From assembly GCF_006345805.1 (NCBI RefSeq), contig NC_043004.1, forward strand, positions 92,132,001 to 92,196,000: a stretch of 64,000 nucleotides of DNA. The letters run 5' to 3'. The position numbers and the translations under genes were made by a program. Of this stretch, positions 48,648 through 61,239 are shown piece after piece (positions within the stretch are counted from its first letter, which is position 1; the number at the start of each line of letters is the position of its first letter). Under the pieces are notes generated by a model. That model did not search any database. It had not been told where the DNA came from and saw only the letters and a list, made by a program, of their open reading frames with translations. The DNA comes from Octopus sinensis. Lineage: Eukaryota.

Positions 48648-48974
48648 TGAGAGCACTCCGTCAGTTACGATGACAAGGGTCCCAGCTGATACAATCGACG
48701 GAACAGCTTGCTCGTGAAATTAACGTGCAAGTGGCTGAGCACTCCAGAGACACGTGTACCCTTAACGTTGTTTTCAGGGAGATTCAGCGTGACACAGAGT
48801 GTGACAAGGCCGGCCATTTGAAATACAGGTTCTTCTCATTTTTACCAGCTGAGTGGACTGGAGCAACATGAAATAAAGTGTTTTGCTCAAAGACACAACG
48901 CGCCGTCGGGAATTGAACTCACGACCTTACGATCATGAGCCGAATGCCCTAACCACTAAGCCACGCGCCTTCAT
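48648..48974 (-). mobile_element. Chimeric SINE head D + tail T2 with 19-bp TSD
   Basis: D head/core joined at ~48832 to the T2 tail. Direct repeat atacgtacgtacatacata at 48629-48647 and 48975-48993 (low complexity). Confidence 0.85.
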
Positions 48975-49029
48975 ATACGTACGTACATACATACATACAT
49001 ACATACATACATACATACATGCATTCAAA

Positions 49030-49300
49030 GCAAGGCCATGTAGGGGGACATGGAGTTTTGTACAGGGAGGGTGTTCATGCAAAGAGTTCAGGCCATTTCT
49101 GATCAAGAGCGGTCGTCAGCATCTTCACTATCTCGTCCGGCAGCTTATTCCATGGATCCGCAACCCGGACGGAGAAAGCCCCTCTCCTTCGATTGAGATG
49201 AAATCGTCGCAGATAGAGCTTTTCGGAGTGACCCCGCAGCCGACGCTCTGGAGCAGGAGTGAAGCATGTGTATTAGCAGTGCCCCTGTCTCAATAAGTAT
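49030..49300 (-). pseudogene. CR1-clade LINE ORF2 C-terminal fragment
   Basis: LRGHSEKLYLRRFHLNRRRGAFSVRVADPWNKLPDEIV...LDQKWPELFA* matches the RGH..KL...FS.RV...WN.LP motif. Confidence 0.82.
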
Positions 49301-49491
49301 TTTCGTCCAATGTTTCATTGATGTCTGTTTAGACGCAGTTGAGACCTCTCCCTGGCCATACCTTCTTCATAGTCATAAGAGATGACGAGTAATTGTTCTC
49401 GATCCCATTTAACAATCTCCAACTCTTCATAGTCATTATTTTCTTTCACAGCATTCGATATAAAGTTCAAAATGTAAAACTTTAATCAATA

Positions 49492-49830
49492 AGACCCATT
49501 TCGGTCACGAATGACCATGAGATTGCACCTAGAAAGTTTCCCTCCGAAGCACAAGTCAAGGTGACGTTATTTATTGAAGACCAGCTCATGCATAAAAGGC
49601 CACCGATGTTATCCAAAGGAAAGGCAAAGGCCCTTTCCAGGCTACCGATGTTATCCAAGGGAAAGGCCAGTACAGCTTTTCACCAGTGACATCGCAACTC
49701 ATTTCTACTTATTAGTGAACTAGATCAACGCGAAATAAAGTGTCTTGCTCAAGGACACAATACAAAGCCCGATCCAAGAATCAAACTCACTACCTCGTGA
49801 TTGTGAGCTCGATGAGCTTACCACTGTGCC
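49492..49830 (-). mobile_element. SINE head D + tail T1, decayed, with an internal duplication
   Basis: 'cggtcacgaatgaccatgagattgcacctagaaag'; 'ccgatgttatccaa.ggaaaggc' occurs twice. Confidence 0.75.
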
Positions 49831-50261
49831 AGTATAACATATCTAACGCATATGTTCGTTGAAAATTTAGAAGCTGATCCCTTTATAGACATATTTTGTC
49901 AAAATATATATATATATATTTCAGAATGGGACAAAATGAAATCACCCCAGAAATGACCACGAGTGCGACAGATATGCATCTCGCCATAGATGCGACTTGA
50001 TAATGTCACGTACAGGTCGCAACGTCTGCTCTTTCAACAAGCACATACGTTAAGCCTATTGTATTCATAACGACTTTTACTATAGAGATACTTGTGTTGC
50101 ATAAATTGAACTACAATGTGTTATTTTTTTATTTCTCTCTAGTGTTTTGCATATCAATTGTTTCCTTTTAATTGACACTTCCTCTTATTATCACATCTTC
50201 AATGATGTCTTTATAATGCATCTTCCATCTCTACAATACATTTTTCTCTCATTTTCGCAAC

Positions 50262-50470
50262 CTCTCTTTTACTTGTTTCAGTCATTTGAGTGCGGCCATG
50301 CTGGAGCACCACCTTTAGTCGAGCAAATTGACCCCAGGACTTATTCTTTGTAAGCCCAGCACTTATTCTATCGGTCTCTTTTGCCGAACCGCTTATTGAC
50401 GGGGTGGTAAACACACCAGCATCGGTTGTTAAGCAATGCTAGAGGGACAAACACAGACACACAAACATAT

Positions 50471-50514
<44 letters not shown>

Positions 50515-50692
50515 TATACATATAAACGACAAGGTTCTTTCAGTTTCCGTCTACCAAATCCACTCAGAAGGCTTTGGTCGGCCCGAGGCTATAGCAGAAG
50601 ACACTTGCCCAAGGTGCCACGCAGTGGGACTGAACCCGGAACCATGTGGTTGGTTAGCAAGCTACTTACCACATAGCCACTCCTACGCCTAT
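50262..50692 (-). mobile_element. Family-A composite SINE, full length
   Basis: All modules present. Confidence 0.9.
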
Positions 50693-51479
50693 ACTATATA
50701 ATATTTTCTCACATATTCCACCGTCACAATAGTACCAATTTCCTTTCCACATTATCACACATTGTTTTCTATCTTCTCTTCATACTGGACCCTCTTTTGT
50801 ACCCACATTATTTCACAGTGACATATCTGTTCAATTTTATTTGCGCAAAACCCTTTTGTCTTTCTCAGAATCGTAATACAGTATGTTTCAGTTCTCATTT
50901 CATATCCTCAAGCCTTTTAACATGATATTGTAAAACATTGTCTATTTTTTCGAGCTCTTCCCATTACTGCATTTCTCTTCTATCATAAGAGTCCTTCATT
51001 AAAGTGCTTTAGCAAAATAGACAACACTGTTTGTCTCCACTTTCCCACGCCTGTTACCTATTTTATGAGAAGAATATAAACACTAGAGTAACAGAAACAA
51101 TAATACTTATATTTCGTTCTTAAATTTCATCTTTCAATATTCTGAATCCTGTTGAATATCCTCTCTCTCTCAGTTTGATGAAATATGTTCAATATACTGT
51201 GGATTTAAATTGGAAGAAGATCCTGAAGATTTACATAGTCCCAGATGTTATTATCGTCCTATTTGCTAACAACTATGGTTCTCTCTTTTTGCTCCCTGTA
51301 ACCCGCTTCTAACATACTTGGATCTAGGTGTGAGGCTACATGTCCCGTCACTCCACAAATAACAATAAAACTGAGTGTAAAATGGTAAAATGGAGACCAT
51401 ACTGCTCTACTACTACCGCTTTTTTAACACATATAGGCTCCATACGCTAATCAAATACAATCCAACTATCCTCAAAGCA

Positions 51480-51782
51480 TGTGCGGCCCATATATACGAA
51501 CGTTATTGTCGTTGATTTGGTTGTCTCGAGAAAAACGATTCTGCAATTTCTTGCTGAACAACCTGCAGGGATGATTTGTTTATAGTAATCAAGTGTTTCT
51601 GCTGTACATTATCTCACTCCTTTCATTAAATCGATATGTGATATGTGCCACATGTCACATATCCAAGTGATCGCAGAGCAGTGTAAACTCAAGGACACAA
51701 CGCTTCGCTCGGTCCGGCAATCGAAGCCACGAACCTGCGATCGTGAGTGTAACGCCCTAACCACTAGGCCACGTGCTCTCAC
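51480..51782 (-). mobile_element. SINE head D + tail T5
   Basis: Head 'gcacgtggcctagtggttagggcg...gttgtgtccttgag' followed by a tail not seen elsewhere in the window; tail boundary uncertain. Confidence 0.6.
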
Positions 51783-51907
51783 ACATACACCAACGAATCA
51801 CCTTCTAAGCTTCCTCAACTTATGTTCTACTATACTTTCCCAACATACGTTCGATCCCATGTGCCAATTAATCGCAGTCTCCCACCCCGACACATATGAC
51901 GTTCCAT

Positions 51908-52250
51908 GTAAAGGTAAGGTAAATTTACAGTCTCGGGTCATACCTATTTCTTTACTACCCACAAGGGGCTAAACATAGAGGGGACAAACAAGGACAGACA
52001 AAGGGAGTAAGTCAATTACATCGACCCCAGTGCGAAACTGGTACTTTATTTATCGACCCCGAAAGGATGAAAGGTAAAGTCGACCATTTACAGTCTCGGG
52101 TCATACCGACCCATAAGGACTTGTTTCCCGGTTTCCATGGCGTAAATGTATTCCCCATCTGGACGGGACGCCGGTCCGTCGCAGGATTGGAGAACGTGAA
52201 ATGAAGTATTTTGCTTAACACCCTAACCACTAAGCCACGCGCCTCCACTG
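51908..52250 (-). mobile_element. SINE head D (internally deleted) + tail T4 ending in (TTACC)n, interrupted by a family-B insertion
   Basis: 'cctgcgacggaccggcgtcccgtccagatgggga' block shared with 39520-39806. Confidence 0.7.
51945..52085 (-). mobile_element. 5'-truncated family-B SINE with 22-bp TSD
   Basis: atttacagtctcgggtcatacc at 51923-51944 and 52086-52107. Confidence 0.9.
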
Positions 52251-54139
52251 AAGTTCCATATGCCAAGGAACTGTAAAGCACCCCTCCCCTTCCCCTGAGT
52301 TATGCCTCAATCTGATATCGTTTTTCATCATTTAACAATACCCAATACTTCTTTGTCTTAATGACATGCATTTCTCTCATTCCATGGACATCTAAAGTCC
52401 ACTATGTTAAGGTTTTTCCGTAATATTCAATCACATGTAAAGTGCGAACTATGTTTGAAGTTGCAATCTAAAAGACTTATGCGTAAGCAAAAGAAGTTAA
52501 GTCAAACATTATAAGACTTGCTGGCGCCCCTTTTCTGGCCCCAGTTTTTAATTCTATCTTTTGGTCCCGGTAATGTCTTATTATCTAAATATAGAGCTCT
52601 ATGTAAAAGATATACAAACGGAAATGCTAACAAATAGAAAATCTTTAAACTCTCAGCTGCAACAAACACAACATCCCCAAAATTTAATTCACAATGGTCC
52701 ATTATACAGAATAAAAACTATTAGTAATTTAGTAGTATAAATTAGTTCAGAATCCTCGAAGAGTTCCTGTCTTTGACAGTCTGAAATGTACTCAGGACTT
52801 CTGATCCATTCTGTCTGAACTTCTAAAATTGATCATCAACAGATAAAATTGAATTCAACTCTGTAAAAGAAATGACTCAATCATACGTTTCAGGGTATTC
52901 TCATTTATCTATAAAACTATCATATCTATTTAGATTTGGGTGCACTGAACTGTTGAATGCCGATTTTCTCAGACAATAAATCAATACCATACAATGCAGA
53001 GATATATACTTTTTAAATCTAGAATCCATTCTTGTAAATTATATTGCCTTGTGATATCTTTGTCAGACCAATAAAATATCTATCTATGCTATCTTCTATT
53101 TAAATTACTGCACACATTGTCTGTCTTCCTTTCATTTCGCCAGACCAACTTCCGTTCATAGTTCTCATTATTATTCGACTTTTCATCTGAAGATGTCGGC
53201 TTTTTCACACTTTTACTCATGCTGTGACGTTTTCATTTTGCCTCGAAATATCGCCTTCTGTTAATCATCGTTTTATACATTTTTTAAAACTTTATCAAGT
53301 GAGAGACCTACGTAGTTGCTTGAAATGCTAGAAATAGCAATCTAGTCTCCCTCAAACTACACAGTACCATGTTTAAAATAGACACATTGAATAATATCTT
53401 CCGATACACTATGCCTTCAACAGATCATAAGTTTATATGTACGACGAGCAATGCCATTAAAACAGGTTGCTTGATCGGGGCTAAATAACCGCCATAAAAT
53501 TTGTTACTAATGTTGCGTAGTTTTTTATTTCGTTTCATATTAACCAATCTCTTCACTGATATTTTCATTGTGCCTTCCATTTTACACTTCATTTCTGTTT
53601 CCATTTCATCTTACCAAAACCTTCCCGTTCCTTTTGTTAAACACTACACTTACGTTTTTTCCCATTGTTGCAATTCTTACTACACCACATTGTCGCCACA
53701 CGTCGTAAAATCATTTTATGTACAGAAATCTAAACGTTTACCTATTTTCATGCACTGTTCTGCATCCTCCTCTTCCCTATCTCATTCGATCTTGCTCTCT
53801 TCTTCACTTTTGCACATCAAATTATGCCTTCAACTCGTCTCACCAGACTAGTTATGTATCATTATTCAAGATAGCCTGCATATTTAATTCCGGCAATATT
53901 TCAAAACCAATTATGATCAAATATGCAGTTAAAGAAAAGTAACATTAGTATAAGATTACTATATTATATTCTGTCTCAGCACTTACGGGAGACCATTTTG
54001 CAGGTGTTTCGTTAATATTATAAATTCTCAACGAAGTGCTGACTGCTCTCTTTTCATTTCAACTAAACTTCTCTTCACAAACTATACTCTTGAAGTAAAA
54101 TATCTCACAGAATGTCTTTATCCGAAAAATATATGACCT

Positions 54140-54286
54140 TTTAGTAGCAGCAGCAGCAGCAGTTGCAGTAGCAGTAGTAGTAGTAGTAGTAGTAGTAGCA
54201 GTAGCAGCAGCAGCAGCAGTAGTTGCAGTAGCAGTAGTAGTAGTAGTAGTAGTAGTAGCAGCAGCAGCAGTAGCAGCAGAAGCAGC

Positions 54287-54324
<38 letters not shown>

Positions 54325-54330
54325 CGGCGG
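54140..54330. repeat. (GTA)/(GCA) tract
   Basis: Direct inspection. Confidence 0.9.
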
Positions 54331-54509
54331 CAGTTTTATAGTTAAATGAGAATACCTTGAAACGTAGTAGTTTTAGGTAGCCCCTACTCAATTAAAGATT
54401 TATAACTATTGAATACCTATTAAATGATATCTTAGTCAATCCCGACAAGCAAGACCACCCAGTATACAATGTGAATGTGTGGTATGTGGCCAAAACATTT
54501 TTGAATGTA

Positions 54510-54795
54510 TTTGGCAGTTTATAGGGAAAAGTTCTTGGGTTACATCGACAGGGTCGACCTTCTTTCACCGTTACCGCTTATATTGATCCATCTCCATTTA
54601 AAAACAATAGAATTTAGAGAGGTGGAATTTCAGCAGTTTTATTGGCCCACGAGGTGGAAGGGCTCTCTTTTACTCTTTTTTACTTCTGTCAGTCATTTTA
54701 CTGCAGCCATGCTTGAGCACCGCCTTTAGTCGAGTAAATCGACCCCAGGACTCATTCTTTCGGTCTCTTTTGCCGAACCGCTAAGTTACGAGGAA
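54510..54795. mobile_element. Decayed family-B fragment (~54510-54660) and family-A 3' module (~54670-54795, minus)
   Basis: 'gcagccatgcttgagcaccgcctttagtcgagtaaatcgaccccagg'. Confidence 0.6.
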
Positions 54796-54954
54796 TTCTT
54801 ATGGTTCTATGTTATTTTGAAGATGGCAGGGTTTAAAATTTTTTGTTGTTGTTTGTATTGGTCTTGTTGAACGACTAAAAGATGTTCCTTTATTGGTTTC
54901 GATTCCCATGACACACTCATACACACACACACACACACACACACACATATGTAT

Positions 54955-55220
54955 ATATGAAGACGCATCGCTCAATGGTTAGAGCATCGGGATCACAATC
55001 ATGAGGTAATGGGATCAATTCCCGGACCGGATTGAGTGTTGTGTTCTTGAGCAAGACACTTAATTTCACTCAGGTGTAGAAATGAGTTGCACCGTCACTG
55101 GCGCTAAGCTATGTCGACTTTTGCCTTTCCTTTGGATAACATCGGTGACAAGGAGAGGGGAGGATGGTATGCATGGGTGACTACTGGCCTTCCATAAACA
55201 GCCTTGCCCGGACTTGGGCC
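54955..55220 (+). mobile_element. SINE head D + tail T1, 3'-truncated
   Basis: Homology to 32200-32542. Confidence 0.8.
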
Positions 55221-57219
55221 AAAGATATGCGCGTGCATTGAAAGAAGGGAATTGTCTCAAGTTTGGACTTTTGACAGAGATGGAAAATTATCGAAAGTCT
55301 GTTGCGGTTCATATAACGTAAATACGAGTGCAGGAAGAGTTAAACACTTGGTTCTAGGTTGGGCCGTTGATGTTCGAATCTGCTCGAGTAGTGTTTCTTC
55401 GTTTATGTTGATGATAGCGAGAAAAGATTTGATATTTTGTTGTGTAGGTAGTTCATTGGCAACATTTGTGTTGTGTATGGATGTATGTGCATGAGTATGT
55501 GTATGCTTTGGATGTGTGTGTATGTGTCTGTTTGTGTGTGTAATGGCTTGTAATCTTTCTTCTATTTGCTTTTATTGTCGCTTTGTCCGTTGCGGTGTTG
55601 TCCTGGTTGATGGTGAGGGAAATACGTTCGACAACCCACTCACGGAGCTAGCACTTGCGGATAGCCATCTCCGCCCCGATAGCGATGAGCAGGAATTTCG
55701 TCCGGGGATCGAGAACGCTGGGACCACGAGGCGGACTGACAAACCTTCTTAGATAATTACTTAAGTTGATGAACCGCTGTCAACTCAATATTATACCCAT
55801 TTCTAATGTGTTGTGTTGTTTATATGTTTGTGTTTTCTGCTATGAAAACAGTTGCTTGTTTACGTTGTCTTAATGAATAAAGTTAATTTCTGTAGGATCT
55901 GTGGTTTTTATGAAAGCTATTTCACTTGTGAGATGTCAATTTGAGATGTATGCCTAGTGGGTGAATGCGTGCGAGATTCTTTGTGCAACTGTGTAATGAT
56001 TACGTCACATTTAATGCCTTCAGAAGTTCGAAACGCATTGTTCTGGATATATTGTAGAGCTTCTTGCTGTTCGTGAGGAAACTGATTAGAAACCAGACAG
56101 TAATCTAGTGTAGGTCATGTGATTGTTTTGTACATATTGACGATATAGCTTCTATTGGCCCCATTTTGAATTTAAATACGTAAAAAGGTTTGTGTGTGTG
56201 TGTGTGTGTGTTTGTACTTTAGCTTGAGTATGTTGATGTACTCAGAATGAATTTGTTTAGCCTCGAGTGTAAGATCCATCTGTCATTACCTTCATCATCA
56301 CTATCGCTGCCATCGCCACTACCTTCTCCTCCTCCTCCTCCTCCTTCTCCTCATCGTCATTGCCTTGGCCCTAACCCTTATGTTTCATCGTTTTATATAT
56401 CACGGCACTGGCGTGCAGATAGACGTGGAAAGCACCAGGGCTGCATGTTTTCGTGCTTCGTCCTTAGACATAAAGAGAAAACGCACCCATTCGTAACCAA
56501 CCCCAGTTGGTATAGTATGCATCATATCACAAATTGACCAAGACCCCCTGTAAGTGCTCTTTTGAGGGCGTATAACAACCTCTCTTGCTCTTCGGAAAAC
56601 ACAGTTGTGTTACTTTCTTCCTCCCACATTTCATGTTGATACCTTCACCTAACGCATCACAGCCTTTCCTGAAATATTATTCTTTCACATCCATTTCCGG
56701 GAGCTACATTCAATATTTCTTTTTGACTCACAATGGTTGCAAGCGACGAATTACTGTTGTTGTTTATAAAGTTTACTTTTTTGCCTCCTGTGCATGTTGA
56801 TGTATGAATGCTTGTTTACAAAAAGTGTCTGTCTGTTAAAGTGTCACTATTTTCTGTTTGTCTTCTAGAAATTAGTGTCTCTGTTTATCCAAACTATAAA
56901 TTATTTTTGAAAATTTTTGTCGACGGGCGTTTCCGTTGCTATAGGGAATGTGGCTAACATATCTCACTGCTTCTCGATAGGAAGCCATATTAAATTATGA
57001 TTATGGTAATGTTTACACAAATATAAATTATGAAAAGAAAATGTCCAAGGACAATATTTTTCTACCCTAAGGTGATGTGGAAGATGCTCAAACATTCTAA
57101 AATCTTTCGTAGCAAAAATGAGACAAATAAAGACGTAAATAGACTTCCATTCCATCAGCTTACCCCTTTGCAAATATAATTCTTCAGTGAAGCAGTGTTA
57201 CCCGTTCATTCACTGCAAA

Positions 57220-57337
57220 CACTACTACAACAACAACTACTACTACTACTACGATGACGACGACTGCTACTGCTGCTGCTGCTACTACTACTACTACTAC
57301 CACTACTACTACTGCTACTACTACTGCTACTACTACA

Positions 57338-57379
<42 letters not shown>

Positions 57380-57480
57380 GTTGCTGCTGCTGTTGGCTTT
57401 ACTGCTTCTGCTGGCACTGCTGCTGATGCTGATGCTGGTGCTGCTGCCGCCACAGCTGTTGCTAGTGATGCTGCTGTTAA
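57220..57480. repeat. (CTA)/(CTG) tract
   Basis: Direct inspection. Confidence 0.9.
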
Positions 57481-57499
57481 TATTCCTTCGTCTTCTTGA

Positions 57500-58025
57500 G
57501 ATTCAATCATGCGACATTCTAATCACATGTCTATAGCATCGGAACTGCAATATCTTAATGCAGAGGAGTACCAGATCGACCCTAAGATACCCCGATCTTC
57601 GAGCTTGTTTGCTACGGGCCACATATTTGATATGCAGAGGTTTCTGTTTCCACCTACCAGCCAATTATTCATGCACTATTTCCCTTGCCATTAGTTTCAT
57701 GTTCTTTGCACCAATATTTGCCGCGCATCCCTCCTCAGACTGTTCAGCCTAGGTATCATTCGGTAACAAATCTTTTGCTCTTCTCCAACATAGAATGATC
57801 ATTTTTAGAATTCATACAGAATATCAAATAGCACTTTTTTGCATGTCACCGATGCTACCTCAGTACCAAAAGTTCACCAATTGCATCAAGAATAATTCTT
57901 AGTCTTTCACAATCTCTTCATCTCTCTGGTTAGGTCCTGATATTTCTCAGTTTTCTCAATTTCCTTGACATCCACTTTGTAGTCATATTGTATTGTAAAG
58001 TCAGTGATCTTTGTTTTCATTTGCC
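57500..58025 (-). pseudogene. Fourth R4/Dong-type remnant (RLE C-terminus and a WKQKPLH segment)
   Basis: ITDFTIQYDYKVDVKEIEKTEKYQDLTREMKRL and WKQKPLHIKY on the minus strand; pieces appear out of order. Confidence 0.6.
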
Positions 58026-58512
58026 ATCTACAATCCTGGGGTCGATTTATTCGACTAAAGCCCTTTAAGTCGGTGCTCCAGCATGGCCGCAATCAAATGG
58101 TGTACTTGCTTCAATAGTATTCGTTTATATTTTTACTTATTACAGTCATTTGATTGCGGCCATACTGGAACACCGCCTTAAAGGGCTTTAGCCGAATAAA
58201 TCGACCCTAGGACTTATTCTTTGTAAACCTAGTACTTATTCTATCGGTCTCGTTTGCTGAGCCTCTAAGTTACGGGAATATAAACATACCAACATCGGTT
58301 GTCAAGCGATATTGGGCGGGGGGGGGATATAAACACAAAACACACACACATACACACACACACGTATATATATACGACGGGCTTCTTTCAGTTTCCACCC
58401 ACTCACAAGACGGCTCGAGGCTATAGTAGGGGACATTTGCCCAGGCTGACATGCAGTAGAACTGAACCCAGAATCATGTGGTTGTGAAGCAAGCTTCTTA
58501 CTACACAGCCAC
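58025..58512 (-). mobile_element. Family-A SINE with duplicated 3' module
   Basis: 3' tail occurs twice (58030-58100 and 58130-58215). Confidence 0.82.
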
Positions 58513-58570
58513 GTTTCATTTTTGATGGGGGAATCTCATACAATCTTGTCATTATTAGTCTCTCTCTCTC

Positions 58571-58607
<37 letters not shown>

Positions 58608-58608
58608 G

Positions 58609-58915
58609 AGTGAGAGAGTAGTGCACGCCATCAAAGTGACACTGGGGTAAAATATACGAAGCCCAGTATACCCATCATGACTACCCGTCTGATAAGGGTA
58701 CACTAAGCAGATGCATCACAGCCATATGTACGCGACATGGTGATCTCATATCAAGATAAACAGCGCATGACCTTGTAGGTGGGGCCCAGTTAGAATTTTC
58801 TTCTGGTCGAGTAACCCATCCCGTTCAAAAGGTCCCTGAATAAGGGTTGTTTAAGGATGTTGAACGAAACACCCATGTTTCCAGAGGTGAATTATTCAAA
58901 CCCCAAAGAATTATT
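58609..58915 (-). mobile_element. Family-E repeat, 5'-truncated, flanked by (ATT)n on both sides
   Basis: Reverse complement of 12890-13193 / 13350-13649. Confidence 0.82.
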
Positions 58916-58954
58916 ATTATTATTGTTGTTGCTGTTGTTGTTATTGACTTTATT

Positions 58955-59610
58955 GATTGGCAGAGTGGTTAGAGTGTCAGACAAATTGTCTTGCATGACG
59001 TCCTTCGTTTCTTTACTATCTGTTTTCAAATCCCACCGAGCTCAACTTTGCCTTTTGACTTTTCAGAGTCAATAAAATAACGAACCAGTCGATTATTTCG
59101 TTGGATTAAATTGACTCATTCCTTCCCACAAAATTTCAAGATTTTTGGTTTTGTGAGAAGCAAATATGATAACGGTAGACTGACCGAATCCTTAGAACGT
59201 TAGACAAAATTCACTGTGGTATTTGTCCGAGCAGTTTTAGTTCCGAAGTTGGTTAAATAAATTAGCAGAGCACTACTGTAGTTGATTTCAATGGTTAACC
59301 CCACTCATTGCCAAATTTATGCCCTTGTATCTATATTACAACTAATTTTCGTATTATCACATTCTTGAAAGCGGTGAGCTGGAAGAATTGTCAGAGTGAC
59401 AGACAAAATGCTTTGCGGTATTTATTCCACTTCTTCACGTCCTGAATTCAAACCTCTCCTAGGTCGACTTTGGCTTTCATCCTTTTGTGGTTATTAAAAT
59501 AGGATACCAGTCTAGAGGGTCGATAAATAGGGCAGCACACTAGAGTCTATTGTACCGATTGACCCCTTCACTAGAAAACTGCTGTTCTTGCACCTAAATT
59601 AGAAACCTCT
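58955..59610 (+). mobile_element. Three decayed family-B units in tandem
   Basis: Heads near 58960, 59175 and 59370. Confidence 0.6.
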
Positions 59611-59859
59611 ATTCTTGCAGTCTAGGTAAGTTTCTACTAACTCAAAGTCTAATACCTATTTAGACCCTAAAAGGTGATTAATATTAAATTTTAACCGGAG
59701 AAAAATCTTATGAAAGTAATGGTTGGGTCTATGGGATGAGTGTCGTAATTTGAAGTAAAAGTGGCCGTGACAATGGTGGTAATTGAGCTTCATCTCAAAA
59801 GTCTGAGGGATATTTGACTGCTACTTCTATTAAATGAAGCGACTACGTAAAGGCTTCTT

Positions 59860-60613
59860 CATTGTTTTGTGTAGTTGTTGCCGTTGTTGATGATGATGAT
59901 TGTGATGAAATAGTCACAGCTGGTGGTGGTTGCGGTGGTGCTGGTGGTGTTTGGTTAGTGATGGGTATGTTGCGGTTGATAACGACATTGACGTTGATGG
60001 TCAGTGTGAGATGCAATTACGATGATAAGGCAGATATAAAATAAATCGATAAATGATTGAATTTGACACAATTGATTGTGACGCTGACAGAAGTGAAGAT
60101 ACAGAAGATGATGATTGCACTAACAACGACAATGGTGATGATAATGATGACGATAATTATAAGGGGTTGATAATAACAAAGATGATGATGGTGGTGGTGG
60201 TGGTAGTGGTGGTGGTGGTGGTGGTGATGATTATAAGGGGTTGATAATAACAAAGATGATGATAATGATGATGATGATGATGATGATGACAACGACGGCG
60301 ACAATGATGGCGACGGCAAGGACGACAACGACAATGGTGATGATGATGGTGATGATGATGTTATAAAGAATAGAAATAGATGGTGATGATGATGGTGATG
60401 ATGGTGTTATAAAGAATAGAAAAATGGTATGGTGAAGGAAGCGCTGACAGATTTCTTTAGAGAAATCTGAAAAGGATCCGCCAAAAACAGCTACCAAGAA
60501 TTAGATTTACAACAACAAAGACTAACACCACAAATACAACGATTACAAAACTTATAACAATAAGCACTGCACTACCACAACATCAGTTTCTGCTGCTGCC
60601 GCTACTACTAGTT

Positions 60614-60658
<45 letters not shown>

Positions 60659-60870
60659 TTGTAACCACCACAAACACCACTAGAACTTCCACAACTCCAA
60701 CAATAACTGCTACTATGACAAATAGTAGTAGTAGCAACAATTACAAGTTCTCGATCTACAGCAATACCTATAACTACCGCAATTATAGTAACCGCTACAA
60801 AACTACATCAAATATTTCTACTATTATTATTACTTCTAAAATTACAGTGACTACAACAATTATTATTAAA
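59860..60870. repeat. Trinucleotide low-complexity region ((GAT)n, (GGT)n, (CTA)n) with short local duplications
   Basis: Direct inspection. Confidence 0.85.
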
Positions 60871-61239
60871 GCATAATTATAATTTACCTACTCTAATCTT
60901 GAATATCTCGTAACTGAAACTCTCAGATGATTCGCTCCTAATCTATAACAGTGAGCCGAGCAAAAACTGTATTCGAAAGACTGGCTGAAAAAGAAAGAAA
61001 AAATGAACGGAATTCCAAAGGCAGCCCTTACTCTTAAGAAACAGAAGGAGACTGGATCCCAAAAGCTACTTCTACACTTAAGGACCAAACAAATTCTATG
61101 GCGACACTGGTCTTACACTTAAGTATCAGAATCAAATCAATTCTAATTACAAAAAGCTGCACTGCAGATTCGTTTTAAAGCACAAATGCGAACTACATGA
61201 AGTGTTGCTACTACATAACACAATGCTGATTTTATACAC

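Noticed and set aside
50700-53300. Possible decayed LINE sequence on the minus strand
   Set aside because: No recognisable RT or endonuclease motif could be read; needs tBLASTx.
60890-61120. Candidate second Kv exon
   Set aside because: No LH.P..CG..F..EL.FW or transmembrane motif in any frame.
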